Source: a virus
Length of the DNA stretch: 64,000 nt
Strand: one strand, 5' to 3'
Virus record (IMG/VR): IMGVR_UViG_3300043410_001242
Position numbers and translations under genes: made by a program. The notes below the pieces were generated by a model. It saw nothing but the letters and a program-made list of their open reading frames with translations. It was not told the origin of the DNA and did no database searches. Below are positions 9,005 through 16,703 of the stretch, piece by piece (position 1 is the first letter of the stretch; each line of letters begins with the position of its first letter).

Positions 9005-9091
9005 GTTTTGATGATGTGGAGAGTGTGACAGGATGTCGCACCTAACTCACAAGGACGTATTTTGTAACTTTAAGATGTAAAGAGGTATAAT

Positions 9092-9868
9092 ATGTCAGCT
9101 ATTAGTGCAAATGCTGTTAGAGAGGAAGCACCAGTCTTGAATAAGGCTTGGTTGTCTTTCGCGTTTGGTTTGTATTTCGTATTCTATCTATGGGTACGTT
9201 GGTATGAAGGTGTATATGGTTGGTCCGCAGGACTTGATTCATTCGCACCTGAGTTTGAAACCTATTGGATGAATTTCTTATATACAGAAATTGTCCTAGA
9301 AGTCACAACCGCAAGTATTCTTTGGGGTTATCTTTGGAAGTCAAGAGATCGTGATCTTGCCAATATTACACCAAGAGAAGAACTTCGCCGTAATATGACA
9401 CACCTTGTATGGTTATTTGCTTATGCAAATGCAATCTACTGGGGTGCATCATACTTTACTGAACAAGATGGTACTTGGCATCAGACTATCGTAAGAGATA
9501 CTGATTTTACTCCAAGTCATATCATTGAGTTCTATCTTACATACCCAATCTACATTATTACTGGGTTTGCTGCATTCCTTTATGCAAAGACAAGACTTCC
9601 TTACTTCGCACAAGGACTTAGCCTTCCATACTTGGTAACTGTTGTAGGACCATTTATGATCCTTCCAAATGTTGGTCTTAATGAATGGGGACACACCTTC
9701 TGGTTTATGGAGGAACTTTTTGTCGCCCCTTTACATTATGGTTTCGTGTTCTTTGGTTGGCTTGCTTTGGCTATTGCGGGTGTATTGCTACAGGTCTTCT
9801 CATCTTTTGCTGGTTTAATCGGCGATCAGATTGTTGAGTCTGTTGATAAGGGTTTGATTGCAAAGTAA
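9092..9868 (+). CDS. pmoC: particulate methane monooxygenase subunit C (auxiliary metabolic gene)
   Basis: VRWYEGVYGWSAGLDSFAPEFETYWMNFLYTE, EQDGTWHQTIVRDTDFTPSH, NVGLNEWGHTFWFMEELFVAPLHYGF; C-terminus VDKGLIAK resembles Methylococcus PmoC. Confidence 0.97.
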   Translation: MSAISANAVREEAPVLNKAWLSFAFGLYFVFYLWVRWYEGVYGWSAGLDSFAPEFETYWMNFLYTEIVLEVTTASILWGYLWKSRDRDLANITPREELRRNMTHLVWLFAYANAIYWGASYFTEQDGTWHQTIVRDTDFTPSHIIEFYLTYPIYIITGFAAFLYAKTRLPYFAQGLSLPYLVTVVGPFMILPNVGLNEWGHTFWFMEELFVAPLHYGFVFFGWLALAIAGVLLQVFSSFAGLIGDQIVESVDKGLIAK

Positions 9869-9888
9869 TCTAACTCACATAACCAAAC

Positions 9889-9916
9889 AAAGGGGAACTT
9901 CGGTTCCCCTTTTTTA
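9889..9916 (+). terminator. intrinsic terminator after pmoC
   Basis: AAAGGGGAAC-TTCG-GTTCCCCTTTTTT. Confidence 0.9.
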
Positions 9917-9922
9917 TTGCAA

Positions 9923-9978
9923 TTTTAATGGAATCTTAATATAACTGTAATACTCCGGTAACATTCCTGTGATAAAAT
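9923..9978 (+). promoter_or_regulatory. array of Pho-box-like 11-bp direct repeats plus extended -10
   Basis: TTTTAAT-4-TCTTAAT-4-CTGTAAT-4-CGGTAAC-4-CTGTGAT, then TGaTAAAAT. Confidence 0.5.
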
Positions 9979-10009
9979 ACCTTCGTATTTTTAAACAACG
10001 GAGACATAA

Positions 10010-10726
10010 ATGAAGAAATGGTTACTTTTAGTTCTTATTCTTATATCACATTCTGTATTCGCGAATGGAGAAGGTTCTGAACAATTATTTGGACAATGGA
10101 CACAGTTTGCAGCTTACGGTAATTTTGGTAACAAAAGTCCTTGGATTTGGTGGACTGATGTTGCAGTAAGAAGTTCTCAGAATCATAAAGCAAAAGACGG
10201 AACACAAGGTTATGACGTTGGTTCTATTCCAACTCATAGCGCAGTAGGATACCAATTTGATCCATCCAATTCTTTGATGTTGGGTTATACATATCAGTAT
10301 AGTCAACCACCATACGCAAAGAAATCAACCAATGAAAATCGTATCTATCAACAATTTCAAAACTCTTTAGATTGGAAAGAAAACGGTAAACTAACAAACA
10401 GAACTAGATATGAACAGAGATGGGTTACATATTCCAGTGAAATGGCTCAAAGGTTGAGACACCAAGTTAAGTTTCAATATCCTATCAATAAAGACTGGGG
10501 ATTCGTAATTAGTGATGAATTGTTTCTAAATATTAATAGTGTAAACTGGGGACCAAAGGCTGGATTTGACCAGAATAGAGTGTTTATTGGACCCGTTTAC
10601 AATATAGATGACAGACAGAGAGTAGAGTTTGGTTACATGAATAACTATGTAAACAAAGACTTAAAATCAGATCTAGATAATGATGTGTTAGTTATTAACT
10701 ATTATTACAATTTTACAGATTATTAG
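10010..10726 (+). CDS. DUF2490-like outer-membrane beta-barrel protein
   Basis: Signal peptide; ENRIYQQ, RTRYEQRW, RLRHQ, ELFLN, GFDQNRVFIG, EFGYMN; aromatic C-terminus. Confidence 0.8.
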   Translation: MKKWLLLVLILISHSVFANGEGSEQLFGQWTQFAAYGNFGNKSPWIWWTDVAVRSSQNHKAKDGTQGYDVGSIPTHSAVGYQFDPSNSLMLGYTYQYSQPPYAKKSTNENRIYQQFQNSLDWKENGKLTNRTRYEQRWVTYSSEMAQRLRHQVKFQYPINKDWGFVISDELFLNINSVNWGPKAGFDQNRVFIGPVYNIDDRQRVEFGYMNNYVNKDLKSDLDNDVLVINYYYNFTDY

Positions 10727-10734
10727 GAGGAATT

Positions 10735-10806
10735 ATGTGGGAAAAACCTTCATTTAAAGACATTCGTTTGGGATTTGAAGTAACTACCTATATCTACAAT
10801 AGATAA
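10735..10806 (+). CDS. pqqA: PQQ precursor peptide PqqA (23 aa, missed by ORF track)
   Basis: MWEKPSFKDIRLGFEVTTYIYNR matches the W-x-K-P...R-x-G-F-E-V-T-x-Y pattern with the ExxxY core; AGGAGG RBS at 10725-10730. Confidence 0.92.
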   Translation: MWEKPSFKDIRLGFEVTTYIYNR

Positions 10807-10807
10807 C

Positions 10808-10836
10808 TTGACAAAACATTCTTATTGTGATACAAT
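10808..10836 (+). promoter_or_regulatory. sigma70-type promoter
   Basis: TTGACA-N17-TACAAT. Confidence 0.7.
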
Positions 10837-10861
10837 ATATACTAAATTATGGAGAGTGAAA

Positions 10862-11182
10862 ATGGCAAAGCATAAGTTTGTTGTAATTAAAGGCAGAAAC
10901 CTTTTTGTAGGAATTCATGGGTTACAGTATGAGATTTTTGATACTGTAACCTTTGAATGCAAGGAAGAACAAGTCACAGACTTACAACGGAAGTACGTCT
11001 ATCGTAAACTACATACAGTAGACAACAAAAGTAATCCACTTTCTTTTCGCAGAAAAGTGTATTGTCGTAGGCGTCATATTCTAAAACATGACGGGTCTAT
11101 CTTTGCAGATAGAATCAAATTATTTGACCATGAAGATGGAACATATTACGGGTTTATTCCTGTAGAGTGTTTTAAATTCTAA
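10862..11182 (+). CDS. hypothetical protein
   Basis: ATG 10862 after GGAG; the track's TTG start lies in the -35 box. Confidence 0.6.
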   Translation: MAKHKFVVIKGRNLFVGIHGLQYEIFDTVTFECKEEQVTDLQRKYVYRKLHTVDNKSNPLSFRRKVYCRRRHILKHDGSIFADRIKLFDHEDGTYYGFIPVECFKF

Positions 11183-11216
11183 TCAAATCTTTCTGTTAAC
11201 AACTAGAGGTAATTAA

Positions 11217-11609
11217 ATGAAGAAGCTTTTTGTATTTGTACTTTCTGCATTTCTTTTTGGATGTGCGGGCACCACTAAGTGGGAACCTACTCTGAATAGT
11301 ATGCCACACAAGAATCAGGCGGCCGAGTCGAAGGATCTTGCAGAGTGTAAGGATCTCGCGTTCCAGGCGGCAGGGTACGTCAAGGAAGGTGCAGAATGGG
11401 CATTTGTGAGTGCCGCAGGTGGTGCTGCTGAAGGCGCCGTGATCGGTGCCTTGGTGTCTGGTGCTGGTGGCGCAGGTATGGCCGCTGCAGCTGGTGCACC
11501 AATTGGTGCAATCGCCGGTCTCTGGTATGCTGAATATGAAGCAGATATTAATTATAAGAGAGCATACTCAAATTGCCTATTCCAGAGAGGTCATTATCCT
11601 ATTAACTAA
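11217..11609 (+). CDS. glycine-zipper lipoprotein
   Basis: Lipobox LFGC; DLAEC...GGAAEGAVIGA...CLFQRGH. Confidence 0.75.
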   Translation: MKKLFVFVLSAFLFGCAGTTKWEPTLNSMPHKNQAAESKDLAECKDLAFQAAGYVKEGAEWAFVSAAGGAAEGAVIGALVSGAGGAGMAAAAGAPIGAIAGLWYAEYEADINYKRAYSNCLFQRGHYPIN

Positions 11610-11628
11610 TAGTTTCTTGGATGTTGAC

Positions 11629-11654
11629 AAAGGGACCTTCGGGTCCCTTTTTTT
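11629..11654 (+). terminator. intrinsic terminator
   Basis: AAAGGGACC-TTCG-GGTCCCTTTTTTT. Confidence 0.9.
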
Positions 11655-11659
11655 ATGGA

Positions 11660-11688
11660 TTGACAACACCACCAAAGTGTGTTATAAT
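11660..11688 (+). promoter_or_regulatory. sigma70-type promoter
   Basis: TTGACA-N17-TATAAT. Confidence 0.8.
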
Positions 11689-11718
11689 GTGTCATACATT
11701 ATGAGTTAAGTGATTGTT

Positions 11719-12090
11719 ATGAATCTTGAATCGTTTTTTGAAACTTCCACTCCACAGGACCTTGGTCAGTTCCTGACTCAATCGAAACAGGAATTAAAGG
11801 CCAAGGTCCAATCTAAAATTCGCCAGCGCAGATCACAAATGTTGGTGCATTCATATATCTATTATGTTCTAGACGATAATATCGTTTCTGATGACAAATG
11901 GCAACAATGGGCTAATGAATTGCGTGATATACAAAAGGAATATCCGGAGTATTGCAAAATCAATTTCTTTGATAGAGAATTCTCAACATGGAACGGTGAT
12001 TCCGGTGCCTTTCTGCCGTTAAAAGATCCATACGTTATTCGCAAAGCGAATTACATTTATAATCTGGTGAAAAATGAAGAAAACAAATAA
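11719..12090 (+). CDS. protein resembling the N-terminal (Ia) domain of NAD-dependent DNA ligase
   Basis: HSYIYYVLDDNIVSDDKWQQWANEL...EYPE. Confidence 0.6.
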   Translation: MNLESFFETSTPQDLGQFLTQSKQELKAKVQSKIRQRRSQMLVHSYIYYVLDDNIVSDDKWQQWANELRDIQKEYPEYCKINFFDREFSTWNGDSGAFLPLKDPYVIRKANYIYNLVKNEENK

Positions 12091-12334
12091 AAGAGACACT
12101 TTCGATTCACAAGAACTGGCATATTTCTTTGCCAACCTTGAAGATAAACCAGTATATGCATATTGTGCGTATAACTATTATCGTCTTTTGAAGGTTGTTG
12201 ATTTGGGTCATGCATATGTCCTGCTTTCACCTGAAGAAGAAGGTTGCTGGATGCCTTCATCTAGTATTAGAGAAAATGAAAACAAACCAGAACATATAGT
12301 AAAGGAGGAAGACAATGGACCAGAAATCGCATAA
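12074..12334 (+). CDS. hypothetical protein
   Basis: 86 aa, overlapping neighbours. Confidence 0.55.
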   Translation: MKKTNKRDTFDSQELAYFFANLEDKPVYAYCAYNYYRLLKVVDLGHAYVLLSPEEEGCWMPSSSIRENENKPEHIVKEEDNGPEIA

Positions 12335-12512
12335 TGTTTTAATATCATACGACCATAACTTATATGATATACCTTCAGACTTAGAAGAAAGATTTGAATT
12401 TCTGACTAAGAAAATTGATTATGCCAAATCTGATCCTGATTATTATGAACTATTGGCTGGAACTAAGATAATTTTTAATTGTGAGTTTGATAAGTATGAA
12501 TGTAAATCTTGA
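12315..12512 (+). CDS. hypothetical protein
   Basis: GGAGG RBS. Confidence 0.55.
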   Translation: MDQKSHNVLISYDHNLYDIPSDLEERFEFLTKKIDYAKSDPDYYELLAGTKIIFNCEFDKYECKS

Positions 12513-12948
12513 TCTGTCAGATTTTTGGCGGGGGTATATTGATATTTCAAAAGTAGAAAAGAAATATAATGTAAAATTTGTCTGTGAAACTCCAATCAAA
12601 GATAAATTTGGATGGAGAGTGACACCCTCACTTATCTTCTATGGAGAGAAACATCCACAAGGTTCAAATTACATGGCCCTTTCAGTAATACTTAATTCTG
12701 ATGGTAAAGCTGATATGGTAGTCTCCGATGGTATCTCTGCAACAGGGTGTGATATCATTGGTATTATTGATGGAGACGAGGTAATTTATTCTAGATATCG
12801 GCATGATTATCGTGTAGGTAAAACTGGGGTATTTATTGATGGTGGCCGCGATTATGTAAGGTCTGGTACTCCTGATCCAGATCAATATGTAACAATGAAA
12901 ATCATTGAAGGTAAATTAGAGGTAATTGAAAATGAAGAATCGATTTGA
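12496..12948 (+). CDS. conserved phage hypothetical protein
   Basis: IYSRYRHDY...FIDGGRDYVR motif. Confidence 0.7.
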   Translation: MNVNLDLSDFWRGYIDISKVEKKYNVKFVCETPIKDKFGWRVTPSLIFYGEKHPQGSNYMALSVILNSDGKADMVVSDGISATGCDIIGIIDGDEVIYSRYRHDYRVGKTGVFIDGGRDYVRSGTPDPDQYVTMKIIEGKLEVIENEESI

Positions 12949-13141
12949 TTTTGAACAAGAAATTATGGGTTGTTGGAATGTCGTGGAAGATCTAAAACTA
13001 TTGAATGAAGGTGTTTTAGAAAGGGATATTTCGCGGGATCAGGTTTCTAATATCCTGTTGGGTATGCAAGAGGTATATCAATTGAAATTTGAAATTCTAT
13101 TTGATACATTTGAAACTCTAATTAGAGATAAGGAAATCTAA
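12932..13141 (+). CDS. conserved small phage protein
   Basis: RFDFEQEIMGCWNVVEDL...LLGMQEVYQLKFE. Confidence 0.7.
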   Translation: MKNRFDFEQEIMGCWNVVEDLKLLNEGVLERDISRDQVSNILLGMQEVYQLKFEILFDTFETLIRDKEI

Positions 13142-13956
13142 TGAAAATCTTAGTAACGGGTTCGGAAGGATATATTGGTAAACATCTAATTAAAATGTTG
13201 GGTGATGAACATGAAGTAACCAGACTTGATATAAAAGCTGATGACTTTATGATGGCAACAGATATTACTAAACTTCCATCTGAAATACCCAATGTTCTTG
13301 CTGAGTTGGATGTTGTTATTCATCTTGCGGCTAGAGTAAAAGTTAACGAATCAGTTACTAACCCTTGGTTATATTATAACACAAATGTTAATGGAACCAA
13401 GAACATTCTAAATCATGTAAAATGTCGCCATTTTATCTTTGCATCCACAGGAGTGGCATCAAAACCTGCAAACCCTTATGCATTATCTAAGAGAATTGCA
13501 GAAGATATTGTAAAGGAACATTGTCAGGAAAATGGATTTGACTTTACCATCTTTAGATTCTATAATGTTATTGGTTCTGATGGATTTGAACCTACCAACC
13601 CTGATGGGTTATTCTTCAACCTGAATAAGGCAGTAGAAACAGGTACATTCAACCTTTGTGGAACTGATTATAACACTATTGATGGAACTTGTCTTAGAGA
13701 TTATATCCATGTGAATGAGGTCTGTAATGCTATCATTAAGTCATTGGAAACTCCATCAGGTCAGGTAGAAAATTTAGGTACTGGTGAAGGTAAAACTGTA
13801 TTGGAAATTATCAATCAATATAAAGATACCAATCAGGTAGATTTTGAGGTAATCGATGTAGGTAGAAGAGAAGGTGATCTTGAGGTAAGTGTGTTGGATA
13901 ACCCTTCCAAATACTTCGATAAATTGTATACATTTGAAGAATTGTTGAGGAAGTAA
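13141..13956 (+). CDS. NAD-dependent epimerase/dehydratase (GalE-like)
   Basis: ILVTGSEGYIG, VIHLAA, PYALSK, FRFYNV, DGTCLRDYIHV, RREGD. Confidence 0.92.
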   Translation: MKILVTGSEGYIGKHLIKMLGDEHEVTRLDIKADDFMMATDITKLPSEIPNVLAELDVVIHLAARVKVNESVTNPWLYYNTNVNGTKNILNHVKCRHFIFASTGVASKPANPYALSKRIAEDIVKEHCQENGFDFTIFRFYNVIGSDGFEPTNPDGLFFNLNKAVETGTFNLCGTDYNTIDGTCLRDYIHVNEVCNAIIKSLETPSGQVENLGTGEGKTVLEIINQYKDTNQVDFEVIDVGRREGDLEVSVLDNPSKYFDKLYTFEELLRK

Positions 13957-13957
13957 A

Positions 13958-14599
13958 ATGAAAGTCTATTTGTCCAATTATCGTAACCATTGGTTATCAC
14001 CTTATCACATTCTGGAAAAGGTATTGTTCTGGAAAGATTGGGAAAATATTGATTACGATGAACCTTGGGTTGATAAATGGTCAGATAGACTTGAACCATC
14101 ATGTATTAAATTACAGAAGGTATTGGATTTTATTCATCCTCGCATCACTTATGTGAAGATTGATAAGTATGATACATGGGACATGGATAAAACTCTGTCT
14201 CCTATTATTCTTCCTATGTTGAAACAATTGAAGGCAACCAAACATGGTGCGCCTATGGTATCTGATGATGATGTACCAGAAGAATTAAAAAGCACTTCTG
14301 CACTACCTAAAGAAAATGAATGGGATACTGATAGCAATCATTTCAGACGATGGGATTATGTCATAGGTGAAATGATTTGGGCTTTTGAACAATTAGTTGA
14401 TGAGAATTGGGAAGACCAATATTACACAGGAGAAAGTGATTATATTTTCGTCAAATCGGATGAATATGGTTTGATGGTTATGGAGAAAGGTCCAAAACAC
14501 ACTCAAGAATGGGATCGTGAAGGTTGGACAAATCACCATAAACGCATAGATAATGGATTGAGGTTGTTTGGTACTTACTATAGAGGACTATGGTCGTAA
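13958..14599 (+). CDS. conserved T4-like hypothetical protein; 3' end is the insertion target
   Basis: KIDKYDTWDMDKTL, WDYVIGEMIWAF, GLRLFGTYYRGLW. Confidence 0.75.
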   Translation: MKVYLSNYRNHWLSPYHILEKVLFWKDWENIDYDEPWVDKWSDRLEPSCIKLQKVLDFIHPRITYVKIDKYDTWDMDKTLSPIILPMLKQLKATKHGAPMVSDDDVPEELKSTSALPKENEWDTDSNHFRRWDYVIGEMIWAFEQLVDENWEDQYYTGESDYIFVKSDEYGLMVMEKGPKHTQEWDREGWTNHHKRIDNGLRLFGTYYRGLWS

Positions 14600-15220
14600 T
14601 TTACATTTATCAAAGTGCCATCTTTTCATATTTGTTAATTGACCAACTTTACCACAATGAGGACAATCAACTTTAGTTGTATTATTTTGATGACATTTCA
14701 GATTTTTCTTATGATTTTCACTCATTGGTTTTGATACACCTCTAGTTGTTAATGATATTTTTCTTTTGGTTTCCTCTGAAAGTTTTGGTATTGGTGTTAT
14801 GCCTGATTTAAAATTTATTACCCTAGATTCGGTTCTTTTTCTTATATGTTCTTTAGTTTGGGGTTTTGGTTTTCCTTTAGTTTTTATTGATTGTTTAAGT
14901 CTTTCTTCTGATGTTCTTACTCTACCAAAACAACCATCACCACCAAAAGTTGAATTATAACCATTATGGAATGAATCATATTCATTAATGAAATAATTTT
15001 CCATTTCTTTTAATGTGTGATCCTTATCTGTTGATTGATATATGATTTCCCAAATAAAATTATCCCAACCATATTTCCTTATGGCACGATAAAATTTACA
15101 ATCTTGATTTTTGGATGCGGATTTATGAATTCTTTGACGATTGGGATAATTGGAATCAAATCCAATATACACTTTATTGTTTATGGTATTTCTGGCACTA
15201 TAGATGGTATAAATATTCAT
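14588..15220 (-). CDS. GIY-YIG homing endonuclease with NUMOD3-like repeats and C-terminal Zn finger
   Basis: TIY...NNKVYIG, FYRAIRKYGWDNF, GYNSTFGGDG, SEETKRKIS, CPHCGK...WHFDKC. Confidence 0.9.
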   Translation of the reverse strand: MNIYTIYSARNTINNKVYIGFDSNYPNRQRIHKSASKNQDCKFYRAIRKYGWDNFIWEIIYQSTDKDHTLKEMENYFINEYDSFHNGYNSTFGGDGCFGRVRTSEERLKQSIKTKGKPKPQTKEHIRKRTESRVINFKSGITPIPKLSEETKRKISLTTRGVSKPMSENHKKNLKCHQNNTTKVDCPHCGKVGQLTNMKRWHFDKCKLRP

Positions 15221-15282
15221 GCTGATACTCCGTTATAGTATTAGAGTCTGTGGGAACGCCAATTCCGTGACAGACTTTTTTA

Positions 15283-15311
15283 TTGACTTATTTTACTATT
15301 TATGTTATAAT
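15283..15311 (+). promoter_or_regulatory. outward-reading sigma70 promoter inside the insertion
   Basis: TTGACT-N17-TATAAT with TG extension. Confidence 0.7.
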
Positions 15312-15350
15312 TTATGAAAATTACTTACTATAGAGGACTATGGGATTAAT

Positions 15351-15503
15351 ATGAAACATCTATATGATTTCTTCAGATCAGTATTTCATAACGTAGTAAT
15401 TCACCCCATTCTCCCATTTCTACCTAGAAAGTGGGCAAAATGGTTACATGAAAAGAATGGTAAATGGGCTTATCCTGATGGACCTTTTAGTGGACTAGAT
15501 TAA
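15351..15503 (+). CDS. 50-aa hypothetical protein (not in ORF track)
   Basis: MKHLYDFFRSVFHNVVIHPILPFL...WLHEKNGKWA fills the gap exactly. Confidence 0.55.
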   Translation: MKHLYDFFRSVFHNVVIHPILPFLPRKWAKWLHEKNGKWAYPDGPFSGLD

Positions 15504-15504
15504 T

Positions 15505-15771
15505 ATGTCACATGAACAAGACAAACTAAAACATTCTAAACGCAGACATAATACCGATTCAGTTATTCAAAAAAGAAGAAAACTTCTTAAAGAATATAAT
15601 ATGGATCAGAATAATAGTGTTTATATCAGACAATATCACAGACTATCTAAAATGAATGGTATCAACTGTGGTAATCCTGGTTGTATGTTGTGTATTAACC
15701 CTAGAAAGTATGGTGAAAAGACCATTCAAGAATTAAGTTTTGAACAAACAGAAAAATGGAGTGAAGAATGA
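15505..15771 (+). CDS. small basic Cys-containing protein
   Basis: NCGNPGCMLCINPRK...TIQE. Confidence 0.7.
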   Translation: MSHEQDKLKHSKRRHNTDSVIQKRRKLLKEYNMDQNNSVYIRQYHRLSKMNGINCGNPGCMLCINPRKYGEKTIQELSFEQTEKWSEE

Positions 15772-16295
15772 TTGAATTAAATCAAAAGGTTTGGAATGAG
15801 TTGGTATTTGATTTTGGTAAAAGGTTGGGTCAAGGTCGAACTATTGATCAATCATTGCAATGTTTTCTTGAAGATTATTGGACAGAACTAGATAATATGG
15901 CAAGTCAAGCTTCTGTTGCAAAGTATAAACCTGATTATGAACCAGAGAAGGATTTTGTAACCAAGAAGTACCTAGAAGAAAAGAATAATATTCTTTGGAA
16001 TTATGTTTATAATCTGAATAGAGAAATTGGTGAGTTAAGGAAGAAAGTTAACCTTATAGACAATATGAAGGTTAATGGTCCAACACCAAAGTATCCCAAT
16101 AATATTCCTCCGACACATGAGTATCCACTGGATTGGTATAAGATTACTGCACATTCAAATGCACAAGATAATCAACCAATTAAAGGTTTGACTCCAGGAC
16201 GGGTTGCAACCACTGGTTATATGCAAGTAACTGATGCACAGTATACCCCAGAACAAATTGAAGAATGGTCTAAAGTTAGATTTACTCCGAAATGA
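15768..16295 (+). CDS. hypothetical protein
   Basis: ATGA coupling, 175 aa. Confidence 0.65.
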   Translation: MIELNQKVWNELVFDFGKRLGQGRTIDQSLQCFLEDYWTELDNMASQASVAKYKPDYEPEKDFVTKKYLEEKNNILWNYVYNLNREIGELRKKVNLIDNMKVNGPTPKYPNNIPPTHEYPLDWYKITAHSNAQDNQPIKGLTPGRVATTGYMQVTDAQYTPEQIEEWSKVRFTPK

Positions 16296-16477
16296 TAAGT
16301 AAAGAGGTGGTGTCTGAGTTATATTCCAAAGCATATTCGGATATATTAGAACCATATCGTGTGTTTAAAAATGGTACACCATATTTTGATTATCTTGTTA
16401 CAGATCAAATTGAAAGTAAAATACGATATCGTTTTGCAGAATTGTTAGAGGAATATATAAGAAATAAAGAGGATTGA
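16292..16477 (+). CDS. hypothetical protein
   Basis: ATGA coupling. Confidence 0.55.
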   Translation: MISKEVVSELYSKAYSDILEPYRVFKNGTPYFDYLVTDQIESKIRYRFAELLEEYIRNKED

Positions 16478-16478
16478 T

Positions 16479-16703
16479 ATGAATTTGTTCAAGTATATAT
16501 CTGCAAGAAGCAGACTTGTGGAGATTAATAAGACGGTCGAGGCCATGGGTGGTGAAGAAGCACCATCAATGTTGTTAGCTCAACAGGAGATGACCTCAGA
16601 CGAAGTAACTTATTTCTTTTACAAGACCATATCAGATATCATATATACTCTTTTATTCTTGATAATTTTGATTGGTGGTTATGGAGTAACAGATGCCATT
16701 TGA
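16479..16703 (+). CDS. small protein with C-terminal TM helix
   Basis: GAGG RBS, hydrophobic C-terminus. Confidence 0.6.
   Translation: MNLFKYISARSRLVEINKTVEAMGGEEAPSMLLAQQEMTSDEVTYFFYKTISDIIYTLLFLIILIGGYGVTDAI

Larger units (their letters stand above)
14572..15343 (-). mobile_element. free-standing homing-endonuclease insertion bounded by a 22-bp direct repeat
   Basis: TACTTACTATAGAGGACTATGG at 14572-14593 and 15322-15343 flanks an opposite-strand GIY-YIG gene. Confidence 0.8.

Noticed and set aside
9092-10806. Host chromosomal contamination explaining pmoC and pqqA
   Set aside because: AT-rich codon usage matches the flanks; a T4-type late promoter and UUCG terminator are present; pmoAB and pqqB-E are absent. 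Read mapping would still be the decisive check.
14588-15343. Group I intron hosting the endonuclease
   Set aside because: No recognisable group I core; the ORF is antisense to the target gene, and the element is bounded by a duplication rather than splice junctions.
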